Positions 40,201-52,586 of a DNA stretch of 64,000 nucleotides are shown one piece after another. A model generated the notes under the pieces. It did no database searches. It saw only the letters and a list, made by a program, of their open reading frames with translations, and was not told where the DNA came from. Source of the DNA: Stegostoma tigrinum (Eukaryota); assembly GCF_030684315.1 (NCBI RefSeq), contig NC_081400.1, forward strand, positions 8,437,464 to 8,501,463, in the 5' to 3' direction. The number at the start of each line of letters is the position of its first letter. Position 1 is the first letter of the stretch. The translations under genes were made by a program, and so were the position numbers.

Positions 40201-40732
40201 AGAAGATTGCTATATCCCTGTACTCATTATAAATTGCAGTTGATCATAACCAAAAAGGAAAGCTCCCCCACCCACCCTCTGTCACCATTAAATTGCATGA
40301 GCTCAATTTAACGTTTTTGGGCTTTTGGAACAAGCACAGAGTGAACCGAACAGTTCTCTGTTTTCACCCAATGATACGCTTTTAATAATCTAGTTATTTC
40401 AACGAGATCATGTTTTTATCTTCTTTTTATGCAGGAATACTCTTCGCATCTGTATCGTCTGTTCTCAGAATGCAAAAGGAAACAAAATGCTGTCATCACA
40501 GGACAGAATACTTATTTTGTAGATCTGTGTAATTTTGAGGATATATAGATCTATGTTTTTCAATGATTTCACTTCTTTCAAAATGGAAAACTGTGCCACT
40601 TCATATTGATCGCTAATTAAATTTTCGGTCGACTTATGTCACTGCAACTGCTACTATTAAACGTTTTCTAAAACTGGTGTAAGGAGAACTCACGTTTTGA
40701 GAGAAAATTTATATCAGTTTTCGTGCACTTAC

Positions 40733-40791
40733 CTCCTGGTTTGAATCACGTGTTTGAAAATCTGCTGATTCCTTATCTGTGTTCCAGTTGC
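40733..40791 (-). CDS. VJ-C1 receptor exon 5: cytoplasmic (G)NWNTDKESADFQTRDSNQE
   Basis: Acceptor ttactttacatcag|GC (phase 1) and donor GAG|gtaagt (phase 0). 59 nt, open frame. Confidence 0.8.
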
Positions 40792-40923
40792 CTGATGTAA
40801 AGTAAATAGCCAGTTTGTTAAAGAAATGTATGGCTGATTGGGTTAATTAACATGAAAAGTCAAAATGCACAAAACGCATGTGTAGATCACAAGGAATGTG
40901 TAGCACCAAGGTTCACTTCCTAC

Positions 40924-41052
40924 CTGAGCCGCAATTTCCATAGATACATCCACCAACGACAATTAATATCATGACGAGGGAAATCAATGGCAACGTACTC
41001 CCATAAAGCATTAAAGAACAAGCGATATGTTGCGACTCTGAAGAAGGCAGGG
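40924..41052 (-). CDS. VJ-C1 receptor exon 4: connecting peptide and transmembrane domain
   Basis: Acceptor tttaatcacag|CC and donor TCAG|gtagga. 129 nt, phase 1-1. Encodes (A)LPSSESQHIACSLMLYGSTLPLISLVMILIVVGGCIYGNCGS, a hydrophobic uncharged TM. Confidence 0.88.
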
Positions 41053-42912
41053 CTGTGATTAAATATAAACAAATTAGGTATCCAATACTTACAAGCAACT
41101 CAAGAGGCCCATCAACGTCAATCCAAGCTGCTCATTGTGCAATCCACAAAACCCCCGCAGTAAATAATGGAACCCTTAAAGTTAGACGCAAGACCAATAA
41201 AGTAGCACAAAGACAGAATGAGACACTCAGAGGCAAAAGAAGGTAGAGACACATCTGAAACAAAACGTTCGTCATATCGAACAACATAAATTTGGAAACA
41301 TCATCCTGTTGGGCACAGAATGAGATTATTGAGTCCTCCAAATATTGCTACACCGAACCAAGTTGAACTAATTACTTGGAACCCTCTCGGCATACGTCTA
41401 TCAATCCGAATCGAATCCGGAATTCAGCCTGTCTCCTAGAATAAAAGTATTTCAAGTTTCACAGTGTTTTTGCGCCTGTCATTCGGATTTTCTCTTGACA
41501 TGACTTGCAGCGGACATGTATTTGTATCCACTGAACATTGTTGGAAGATCCATTACCACGATTTCCTGGTACATGCTCAATGTCCTTTCAGCATTTAACT
41601 GTATAAGTAGGTGTTTAGAGAAACTGTGTTAAATATTATCGCCTCCAGTTTCATAAACCGTTACTGAAGTAGCCCTCTCCAAATTTATAATATTTCACCA
41701 CATGCTTTGAAACAGTCAATCTTTCTCCAATCCCCAGTCTTCGCTTTCAGCGAAAGCCAAAAGATCATAAGACATAGGAGTGGAATTAATACTGTTCGGT
41801 CATTAGTCCACTCGATGCTCAGTTCATCATGGGAATTTCAGCTCCACTTGTTTGATAGCTTATTTTTTAATAGATTGAGGAGGCTTTTTACAAGTTGGAA
41901 AAATCACTTCCGAAACAGACAGAATAAAGGAGCGATTTGACCCCACGTGATCAAGAAAAGCCAAAAAGAATGAAGCAAGCTCAATCAGACTGATAAGGGT
42001 GTCAAAGACAGAAGGGAAGCATGGACATTACCATTCCTAACACTAAATTATGGATAATATGTGAAAAATGTTGATATAATAAAACTTGGAACACGATGAG
42101 TAGATATGCTATTGTTGTAACAAATAGATAAACCCGTATTACATATAAAACTCGTTTTAAAAATTCTATGATGAGAACAGAACAGAATGCCTGAACCAAT
42201 GAAAAAAAAATTGGAAAAACAGTTGCCGTTGTTGTTCTGAAAGAGGAAGTCGGTCAATGAAACCAGTAGATTGAATCGACTTCAACAAGATCTTTCCACT
42301 TCTGAGGCAACTCCGATCTCGAAGAGATCAATGTAACTGCGCCACTCTAATGAAAGCGAATCTGAAGTATGATGAAGCGGAGGAGGTTGGGTGAGTTGGA
42401 AACTCGGGCGTCGATAGAAAGCATAAAGCTTTCTTAAATATGCACGAGAGAAAGGGATGCGAAAGCAGGTGCGGCTAATAAAAGTACTATCAAAATAAAT
42501 ATTTGGGAGGAAACGAGAGAAACTAGAGCTCTAGTTCAAATTTATTTTAGCATTAATCACAGTATGTCTTTTCCAACGTGAATGCTATGATAAATAGAAA
42601 AATATTCATAGGCATTAATAAGAAATGTAGCGAACTGGGAAAAAAGTTATTATTTCCCATTTTAATCAACAAAACCTCAGACTCGTTCATTATACCCTGC
42701 TTTATGTGCAAATTGCCTGCTTCAATAAATTATGATAAGAATTGAGAAAGCTAAGGAGTGTAAGGCTGAGTTATGTGAAAGAAGTAACTATCTGGACAAT
42801 CAGACGTCGATGCAAAGAATGGGAAGACTTTGAAGATGAAAGGTCATAAAGTCGCAATAAGCTCTAATGTTGGCACTAAACGTAATCATTAATTGTTGTT
42901 GCCAATACTTAC

Positions 42913-43215
42913 CTTTCTGATATGAGATACTTTCACTGTTACGGATCGCAGTTGAGCTGATTTGTACTGAGCAAGTACAGACAGCGCCATATTTCCAAGC
43001 TTCTGCTGGGACTCTGATGTGACTCCTGATACTGTAGACACCAGTGGAGTCCATTGCCGCAGAACCTGTCCAACCCTCGGCATCCCAGGTGGATATATTC
43101 CAGTCGATGGGAAAGTTATTAGCGATCACGTTGCTCACTAAACACATCAAAGTGAGAGTTTCCATGGAAACCATTTCTTGCAGCGGTGGAGATAAAAGAT
43201 TTACGTTGGGAGGGC
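42913..43215 (-). CDS. VJ-C1 receptor exon 3: C1-set Ig constant domain
   Basis: Acceptor tttccaatctcttcag|GC and donor AAAG|gtaagt. 303 nt, phase 1-1. PPNVNLLSPP, TLMCLV, W, YSIRSHIRV, W, CTCSV match the antigen-receptor C1 pattern. Confidence 0.93.
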
Positions 43216-43302
43216 CTGAAGAGATTGGAAAGTAACATGAAATTATTGTTGAACATTGCTTTGTATCAATAGTGAAATCCGTCAAACTGTCTTTACTCTT
43301 AC

Positions 43303-43641
43303 CTGTTATGAGCAAGTGTGAACCATTTCCGAATATGAAGGGGTTAGGGTACGATTTCCTACCAGCGCAGAAATATACACCGGAATCACTTCTCTGGACG
43401 TTGTGAATCACAAGAGTATAATCAGTCGATTTGTCATTAACTTCTCCAGAAAATCTTCCAGTTGGAGTGGAGTAATTGCTCACAATGTAAACGAAATGCA
43501 GATTTCGTCGGACCATCTGTTTGTACCAGTGAACACCTCCCCATGCATACCAGCTCGTGTGGCATTTCATCCTCGCAGTGCTTCCAATGGAGACACTCTG
43601 AAGTGCCGGACTTTGCGGGAGCGTTGTCTGAGGGACAGTAA
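43303..43641 (-). CDS. VJ-C1 receptor exon 2: V-set Ig domain with germline-fused J motif
   Basis: Acceptor ctctgttttcaaag|TT and donor ACAG|gtaaga. 339 nt, phase 1-1. Motifs MKC, VHWYKQ, GRFSG, YTLVI, DSGVYFC, FGNGSHLLIT. No intron or RSS between V and J. Confidence 0.95.
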
Positions 43642-44226
43642 CTTTGAAAACAGAGCGTGTCACAAACTTCAGCTGAAAACTTAAGTTTTGGTTCACGCAA
43701 ATTTAGTGCCTTAAGTGAAACAAATATGATCATTTCGAGAATGAGCACCGATTCTAATTCGAAATTAGTATGTTAAATGCGCTAAAATACGTCAAAACCA
43801 CGAGGCAGGAAGAAAGAAAGAACGAAAGAAAGAAAGATAGAACGAAAGAAGGAAAAAAGAGCAATACCATATATCCATTCGTCAAATGCGGTCAATTATT
43901 GCAATTTAAGAAAACGAGCACTGACTTTTGCTCAAAGAAATATTCAGCAATAGCAATTCCATACGATCACAAAAGCTGTATTCGTCATTTTGGTGAAAAG
44001 ATAAGCATCGACCCAAAACAGTAAAATAACTCCTCAACTTGTTTCCATGTGCAATACACGAAGTATGAAAACGTTTATCTAATTTCCAGATCTTTGATCA
44101 TGTAATTGTTCACCGCTTAAAGAACGCTTTTCTTTGAAAGGAATACTTCATTTACTGCTTCACCTGGCCGGATTTCCCATTGGTCTTACTCCAAATATAC
44201 CTTACATTAGAAGCAAAATCTCGAAC

Positions 44227-44269
44227 CTGGCACAAGATAGCACAGCATACAGAGAATAACGAGATCCAT
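44227..44269 (-). CDS. VJ-C1 receptor exon 1: leader MDLVILCMLCYLVP
   Basis: ATG at 44269 in gcaATGG context. 43 nt with phase-1 donor CCAG|gttcga. The join gives MDLVILCMLCYLVPVTVP|QTTLPQSP. An alternative leader frame exists (see findings). Confidence 0.7.
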
Positions 44270-44339
44270 TGCATGAAGGTGAAGTTCTCACTGTGAGATT
44301 TGACCAGACGTATGTTGTTTGTGGAGCTCAAACTTGAGG

Positions 44340-44432
44340 CTCAGCTGCGGAAATTATCTGCGGCATTTAAAAATAGCTAGATGGAAAGTACAGAATTATT
44401 TACATGATTGCTGTGGGTTTCCTGTTTACACG
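44340..44432 (-). promoter_or_regulatory. Candidate proximal promoter of the VJ-C1 gene
   Basis: Minus strand: GTAAACAGGAA (FOX:ETS-like composite, 44419-44429) next to a RUNX-like CCCACA (44412-44417), TATA-like TTTTTAAA (44366-44373), AGATAA (44354-44359) and CAGCTG (44342-44347). Motif inspection only. Confidence 0.4.
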
Positions 44433-46839
44433 TTAAGCATCCACATAGAGATCTGTTAGCAAAGTTCAATCAATGATTGTGCAGGTTGTAATTTTTTTTA
44501 ACTCAGTAAGGCATCACACGAAATGAGCAGACTGCCGAACTCATTCCCTCTTGATTCTGCCCCAACGTGCCATCAAGGTTTAATTGTCCATCATTTCAGG
44601 CTTCATTTCGGATGTTAAAATAAAACACGGACAATATGCCATTCCACAACTTTAAGTTCAAAGTAAATGTCAGTCACAGTGTCTGTGTTGGAGGAATGCA
44701 ATATATTCCGACGTTGTCTTTCAGCTGAGATACTAAACCCAGGCAGGTATGAGGTATTTCAAAACGTTGTAGGCATCATCCAGCCCAACATTATCAAAAG
44801 TTGCAGGTGAATTTCTTTGATTTTCTTCGGGCAAAATTTCTCCACTCGCAGCAGTGCAAAAAGAGAGAGCTGTTTGTTGTTTGACTTCATTTTATAATAA
44901 ATTGCTGGTTTATGCTTTGCGTTGAGATAGTGATGATATTTAAAATCATACGACCTTGTTGGGAAGGTACTTTGAAACATCTTTGATGCATGCATTGTAA
45001 TCTGCCTTACATTTCAACAGTGTTTTCCTCCTTTCTGTTACAAACATTCATTCCAACATAACAGGCAACTCGAATCGATTGTTAGCGTACAGTTGGAGGC
45101 GAAAAGTTTATTTTGATGATAGTGGTACAGTAAACAATATAAGCTGCAACAAAAAGGTAAGTCATTCATGTCTTAGATCAAGAAATGAACAAGTTGCTTG
45201 ACTGTGACAACAGGTTACATGTGTACAAAAATGATTATATTTGTGACACAGGTAATATGCTTACTGTTGGCTATTGTTATCTCACAAAACAAAACGCAGA
45301 GGAATAATTCATTTTATGTCCGTTTGGAATATTATGTTTGCTTTATATAATGAATTACAATAACACTGCCGAGAGAAACAAAAGAACAGATAATTTATTC
45401 AAATGCTCAGGTCGTATTTAAGAAAAGCAATTGATTATTCCATTCACTGTATTCCTGAGCGTGCACTAGTTAAAAAGTAGTGAATCCTTAAACTATACTT
45501 GATAATCAATATAAAGAATTATTTATTTACTGTTACAATTGGTTTTAGCTTCAATGTCAATAGACTTTTTAAAAAGCCTGCTCTTGGCTGTTAAATGACA
45601 CACCAGTGATTATATTTACAGTTAGTTGCTATATTCTGTTTAATATCCGATTTTGGGGAACCAATTTTAAATCAATATGAAAATCAATTGATCCGTTACA
45701 GCTAAGTTTTAAAGTGGACTTTATCATCCATAACCAGAATGCCAAATTTCAATATTTTTCTATATGAGAACATAACTAATGCACAAAGGCAAAAAAATAA
45801 TAATTTAAGCCTTACACTGAAAATAACACAACACGTGAATAAATATAATTCAACTGAGTTTGGCAAATCAGACAGTTATGAATAGCATCAGATATATTGT
45901 TGAATGTGCACTATAATGAATCTAAGCAGGGATTCAAGCACACAAAGATATACTTCATTGGTCAAATCAATATTAACAGTACACTGCGAGCATGTATGCT
46001 TCTTTCGTCATGAGAATCAGCACATTGGTGTCATGGATGTATCAATTTCGAAATGAAGCAACTAATTAGGCACATAGTTTTGGAAATGTTCACTTAATTC
46101 TCAAATATATCATTGAAGCAAGAACACAATAGACCAGGATGGTATGTATAATCCAGAAGAAAATTCAAAAAATGTGCGAACAACTGTTAAGGTAGATAGT
46201 GCTACTGTTAATAGTGCTATTAATTGCAGTAACTTTGTTATTTGATACATGCATGATGATATCATATGTTAGTAGTTCTGCACTCCAAGTTAATGATCTG
46301 CAGGCTCGTGTTTCAATCCCATTGTCAGAACTGTTGGAAATTAAAGAACAATGCGCAAGACCATTATCCATAACAAAAATACAGGCAAAAATGTACGGCT
46401 GGATTAATTGAGAGGTGAAGTTGAGGAATCTTCCAAAAGACACAGAGTGAAATAGATTGTGCAAAAAGAAACAGACATGGCATCATATGGGGAAATGTCT
46501 ACTTGTCCACTTTGGCAAATATGAAAAAAATAAGCAGACAGAGGGTTTAAAGATTCTGGTGGGACTTAAAAACAAAAGGATTGCAGGCTGTGGAAATTTG
46601 AGAAAATGCTGAAGAAACTCAACAGGTCTTGTAGCACGTGTAGGCGAAAACAAAAGTCATAGTTTTCAGTTCATGTCCAGTGACCCTTTGAAGGAAATGA
46701 AAGTAGCTGGGAATAGATGGTATTTATGCTTATCATGGGGTGAGTCGGCGGCCACGGCTAACTGGTAACCACACGTGGACACATTGCCCAGAAAAAGAGG
46801 CAGAACAATATGGAACTAAGACATGGCTTTTCAGTAGAC

Positions 46840-49560
46840 TCCTCTGATGCTGCCTGGCCTGCCGCATTCATCCAGCCTCACACCGTGTTATCTCAGATTC
46901 TCCAGCATGGGCAGTTCCTCCGATCCAAGTAGTATGATGTGCACTTTCCGATAGTTTTGCGCAAAATTTTGTGTCTTGAAGACTATAAAGTACCTCGGTG
47001 CAAAATAACATGTTGTTCATTCAATCTGCGCTGAGTCTTGCAGAAATACTGCAACAGGCCTGAGACACAAATCTTGAAGTAGAAACACGGAGGCCTATTG
47101 AATTGAGTGACACTTGGAAGCTAAGGATTTTTTTTATTACGGAAAGAGCAAAAGTGTTTGACAAAGTGTTCAGCCAGTCGTTTTTGTCTTCACTCCAGTG
47201 TTCCATATTGTGAGCAGCGAATGAGATGGAGGTAAATTGCTGCTTCAACTGGAAGATGCACCTGGGCCCTTGAATGGTGAGGAGGAAGGAGGCAAACTGA
47301 TACGTTTTGGATGATCTGCATAGGAAGTTTCACCGTCCTTTGGGAGTGGAGCTGTTGTCAGGGAGGAACAGTTCCTGCGAATGTTGTTGATGGATGTAAG
47401 GGGAATATAGGTCTGATGGCAATATCGTGCTGAAGGTGGTGGAAATGGTAACTTATGATCCTTTGGATATGGAGGTAGTTAGGTAGAAAGAGAGGACCAA
47501 GTGACTATATCTTTGTCGTGATCAGATTGGATAGGAGCAAAGGCAGATGTGCAGGGAATAGATCAGAGATATCTGAGGTGTGTCTCGTCGAAAGTGCTGA
47601 GGATTCTTCAGTTGAAGAAAATAGTGAACATTTTTGAGGTTCACCTTTTATAAGATGGTTTCATCAGAACAGATGTGCCAGAAATGGAGATTCTGGGAAA
47701 ATAGAATGGTTGTCCTTACAGGAAGCATGGTATGAGGAAGTATACTAAAGTCTGGCATTCAGTGGGTTTGTAATGGATGACAGTGGCCATTTTATCACCA
47801 GATATATAAATGAAGATGTGAGAAAGGGAGGAGGCAGAGATGGACCAGTTCAAATTAAGAGAAGGGTAGAAGTTGGAATCAAAATTTATGTTTTTATTTC
47901 CAATTCTGTATGAAAGACGAAAGCAACAGTGATGATGTCATCGATATACCACAGGAAGAATTGTTGGAAGTGTCCTGAGTAAGACTGGATTAAGAAGTGT
48001 TCCATGTAACCCAAAAAGAAACATGCATATCTGGTGCTCATGCGTAAATCTTTTACCTGAAGAAATGAGACGAGTTAAACGAGAAGTTGTCCAAAGTGAG
48101 AACAACTAGGTCAGTCGAAAGAGAGGACTACGTGACCAAACCTTTGTTGTGATTGGATTGGATCGGAGTAAGGGCAGATGTGCAGGGAATGGATCAGAGA
48201 TATCTGAGGCATGTCTCGACGAATGTGATGAGGAACCCTCAGCTGGTCTGGTAAAAGAGCATGGTGGTGCAAGGGAGCATACCACTCAAGGAAGAAGCAG
48301 AAACTCGTCAATCTTGATGGAAATGTAAGAGGAATGCAAATCCTTCATGAAGATGAGGTGCCTGATAGTCACAAACTGGAAATTTTGAGACTGTCGCATT
48401 GGCTCAGATGATTTGCAGACGTAGGTCGGAAGGGACTGGATTAAAAAAGAAATGAGGTAAGGTAGGAAGAAATAAGTTCTGTGGGGTAGGAACAGGCTAA
48501 AACATTGGGTTTTCCAAGGCAGTCATGTTTGTGAACTTCTGGTCAAAGGTAGAAGGCCCATGAGATAGTCAGCTCTGAGGCAGTGATACTCAGCTGAGAT
48601 GTCATTACTGTAGGCTGCCTGAGAGCTGTAGCTCAGCCTCAGCAAGGTAGTGGTCAGTTTGTCAGAGAACAACACCACTCTTGTCAACAGGCTTGATTAC
48701 AGAGTCAGAGTTGGATCTAAGAGCGCAAAAAAAAGCTGACAATAGAGGAAGATAGGTTAAAATGGGTAACAGGACCTGGGAAATGTCACGAGTCAAGTGT
48801 CGGTAAGGTCAGGAAGGCATGGTGCTTAGCATTGCTTTCGAACAGCGCCAGTGACCTGGGTTCAATTCCACCTTCAGGCGACTGACTTTGTGGAGTTTTC
48901 ATATTCTTCACATGCCTGCTTGGGTTTCCTTTGGGTGCTCCTATTTTCTCCCAGTCCAGAGATTTTTAGTTTCTGCAGATTGGCCATCGGAATTGCTTAG
49001 TTTTATGGATATGTCCGGGAGTGGCCTGGGTAGGATGCTATTTGTAGGGTCTGTCTGGATTCAAAGAACTGAATGGTGAGATTTCACACTGTCTGATTCT
49101 ATGAAGAAATTGAAGATCATAGGAAGAGGTCCATTTGGTGGGAGAATGTTGGGGGTGGGTGAAGAATTCTGTAGGATAGGCAGAGTAGTAGCCCTATCAA
49201 AAGAGTGATGAAAGTGACAAAACAAAAGTTAAATATCATGTCAAACCCGACATTTACAGAGTTGGGGGTGTAAAGGGATAAAATTATGTCCTTCACTGAT
49301 TACTACCATTCATCACCAGAGGACAGAACATCAGAAGGTATGGTCCATACTCAACAAGAGGTTGTGTCAGAGGAAGTGATGGAGTCAGAGGGGAAGGGAA
49401 GGGAGGAAGATTTCAGATAGACGTGGGTGCCTCTGTGCTGTTGTAGCTGAGGTACATTAAGACCTGAAAGAAAGCAAAAGATGTTCTTGCTGAAACGTAA
49501 ACAGAGCCAAAGAACAAAGAGGAACTTGATCAGCACTACAACCTGTCGCTTCATATAATC
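46840..49560 (-). mobile_element. Decayed Penelope-like element (paralogue of 2610-5110) containing an HE1-like SINE at about 48815-49100 (+)
   Basis: Colinear with the copy A relic. Confidence 0.6.
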
Positions 49561-52500
49561 ACTATTGAACCCAACTACCCTTTCCATTACACCTCTTTAT
49601 TTAGCCATTGGCCATCATGTTACAAAACAACCATTCTCCCTTCTGTTCCTGGTGGGAAACTTGGACCTCGGCCCATTTAATATCTTCCAATTTGACGATA
49701 TGAGGAAATATGAACCACTCACAGTGTGATGCTGAAACTCGGACAATGAATTAATGAAAACGTACCAAAATGAGAATTACATAGGTGGCGAGATGAAGCA
49801 GTAATGGGGGATTTATATGTGATGAAAGGGGGCTGGAAAATGTTTTGGTGCAACATTTGACAGTGATGACTACAAATTGTATCTTGTGTGAGCATGAAGA
49901 AACAATGGAAGCAATAAATGTTTCAAAAGGTGACAAGTATTGTAGTTTGAGATTGGAGCTTGAGAAACAATAGATAGAAAGAGGTATTTGCTTTTAAAGT
50001 TCTATTACAGAAGTACTGAGGGGCATAGTCAATAGGCAATGGGATCGTAATAGAGAAGGGTAATGAGTTTGAGCCAATAGGATAGGTTTGGAGGATGAAA
50101 GTGTGTAAAACATGCGAATGGGATATCACTCATTCGAAACTAATACAGGCCTGATGTCAACAAGATTTCATCTGATTCACTGTTTGCTTGTCTGGGTCTT
50201 TTCATTTGTTTCAATGTATTTGCTCATGGAGGATAATCTTGAATAAGATATGTTGCTAACATTGAGTAAGTGGGTCAAATGACCAGACAGAACTGTCTGT
50301 GCACCCCTCGAGTTAATGGCCCACCCACATATTATAAAACAAGAACAGTAATCACACATATGTCAACTTTTGATGCAGAAGTGGGCATGTAACATAATAA
50401 CAGGGAAAAAAAAATCAGATCATGCTTAACAACTTTGATGATAGAATGAAATGCATAGGCTGGGAAGTATTGAGAAATTGTGAGTTTGTGAATTTTGCCA
50501 AAGGAATGTAAATATTTTCTTTGTTTTTGCTTGTTTGTGTAGATGATCAGGATCACTCTCTTGTCCACCGTATCTTTCAGAATTATTTCCAAAAGATCAA
50601 ATATGCAATCAAACTTGAAATATTCCTGCTACACAAACAATCCGACTGTCCTCATTGCCATAACTGGATGAATATTCCCTGGGAAGATTCAGTGATACAG
50701 GAGTGTCGCACTGTCAGATGTTTAATACCTAGTCAATCCTACATTGCTAGGTGCAGCACTGAGGTAGAGGTTATGTTTTGGAAGGGATTGGTCAAGACAG
50801 CATTGCATTCTCGGAGAGAGAGAGAGAGATGAATATTGCCAGACATACGTAATTAATGCTCTGAATGGATCAATTAAATCTGCAGTGGTGAGTCGATGAT
50901 TTGTTATCCTTTTGGCAATAATAAAGGAGCAATATATTTGGAGAGTGACTTTGTTGTTTGGAGTGACACGGTCTATTCACACAGTTGATCCTATTGGAGG
51001 TACTCTGCTGCTGATTATGAATCTTGTAGACGTATTTTCTGTATGAATTTGTGTATGTTTAATCAGTGAGAAGGTGGGAAATGATTGGAGGGCTGTGTCA
51101 GTGGAGAAACCACATGGACTGCAGGAACTGCTATGGCTGGAGTTGAAACATCTGTTGATTAGTTTCTTTGGGGAGAATGTATGCCCTAATATTGAAGAAT
51201 TGAAAATGGTGTTCATATTGTCCCATTTTTAATTGTTATACAAGCGATGGTGTATTGTGGTTCTGTCAGTGGAAAAGCTGTATCCAGTATAGAAGTTTCA
51301 ATACTTTCTTGAGAGTTCCAAAAAAAGTGTGTCCTTGTGAAAGATTCTGCTTTCATCTAGGATAAGAATAACAAATGATAGACACACAACTGCAGATTTG
51401 ATTGTTCCATTCAGTGCCTTAAGTATGGACATAAGGATCATGCACTCAGGTTGAGTTGGTGTATGGATGGTGATATGGGTGGAGTGCAGAAGCAAGGAAC
51501 TGACTGGTGGGATGTTAAGTAGGGGTTAAGGCAAGAGATTATCGTGAGGGATGCGGAAATGCTGCCAGCAGGCGAAGGAACACAGGAAAATGAGTAGACA
51601 TTCAGCATGTCTAGCCTATTTTGCCATTCATTGAGATCATGGCTGATCTGTGGCCTGACTTGATTCATCTGTCTTTGGCCCATATTTCTTACTACGTTGA
51701 TGAGCAAGAAGTTGTGCATCTCAGATTTCATATTAACAACTTTACCAACCGTTTCTGAAGGAGAGTTAAGACAGCTGAAAAGTTTTGTGTGCAGAATTGA
51801 TTTCTAACATCTCTCTTAAACGGTGTGGCCCTATTTTTTAGACAGTGCATCCTAGCCAATCAGTGGAGAGAAATATATTTTTATTTGCCCTGACTTTTCC
51901 TGTTCATATCGTGAATACATTGATCAGATTTCCGCTTAATTTTCTGAATTCATGAGAAAACAGATCTAATTTGTATAATCTCTACGTATATCAGCACAGG
52001 TGAATTCAAGATTATAAACTTCTAGACCTACGATATCCACCTCCATGGCTAACCTACGATATAAGACCCAAATCCACTCCATGTAGAGTCAAAGCAGCAC
52101 TGTATATAACGGCAGCATAATGTCAATGTCCTCATAATCCTTTCTGAAGACATAAAGACAGACTTTCTATTAGTCTTTGTGGTTATTTATTGTAACTGTT
52201 CATGGCATTATAAAGATCTATGTACCAGAAGCCCCAAATGTCTCTGGGCATCCTTTGTATTTAACTTCAGAATGTCCACAAAGTATCCTGGTAAATCCTT
52301 TCTCAGTCCAAAACGGACAACTCACACTTTCTTACATAGAATACCATCTGCCACAATTTTGACCAAACTCTTAGTTTATATTAGGTTATAATTCATTTTC
52401 CTACTAATTTTGTACCATCAGCAAATTTTGATATATGACATTTTATGCCATTGTCCAAACTGTTAAAAAATAATGGCCCTCACGCAGATACGTTTGTGAC

Positions 52501-52586
52501 AGCACAGGTCACATTTCCTTCAATTTGTGTACTTACCCATTATCACTGCTTTTGTTACACCTGCTACTCAATCAGCTGCCGAGCCA

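Noticed and set aside
40400-40465. Nearer candidate terminal exon (TIQMRRVFLHKKKIKT* or NRRYRCEEYSCIKRR*)
   Set aside because: Ambiguous acceptors and no recognisable motif. The 37385-37429 exon is preferred, though this one cannot be excluded without transcripts.
42800-43696. The 298-aa ORF as a single-exon Ig light-chain-like gene
   Set aside because: It starts in intron sequence and reads through canonical splice sites. The spliced model with a leader and TM fits better.
44289-44295. RSS heptamers (CACTGTG/CACAGTG here and near 37156, 41460 and 44675) as evidence of V(D)J rearrangement
   Set aside because: None has a nonamer at 12 or 23 spacing or flanks the V or J coding ends. V and J are already fused.
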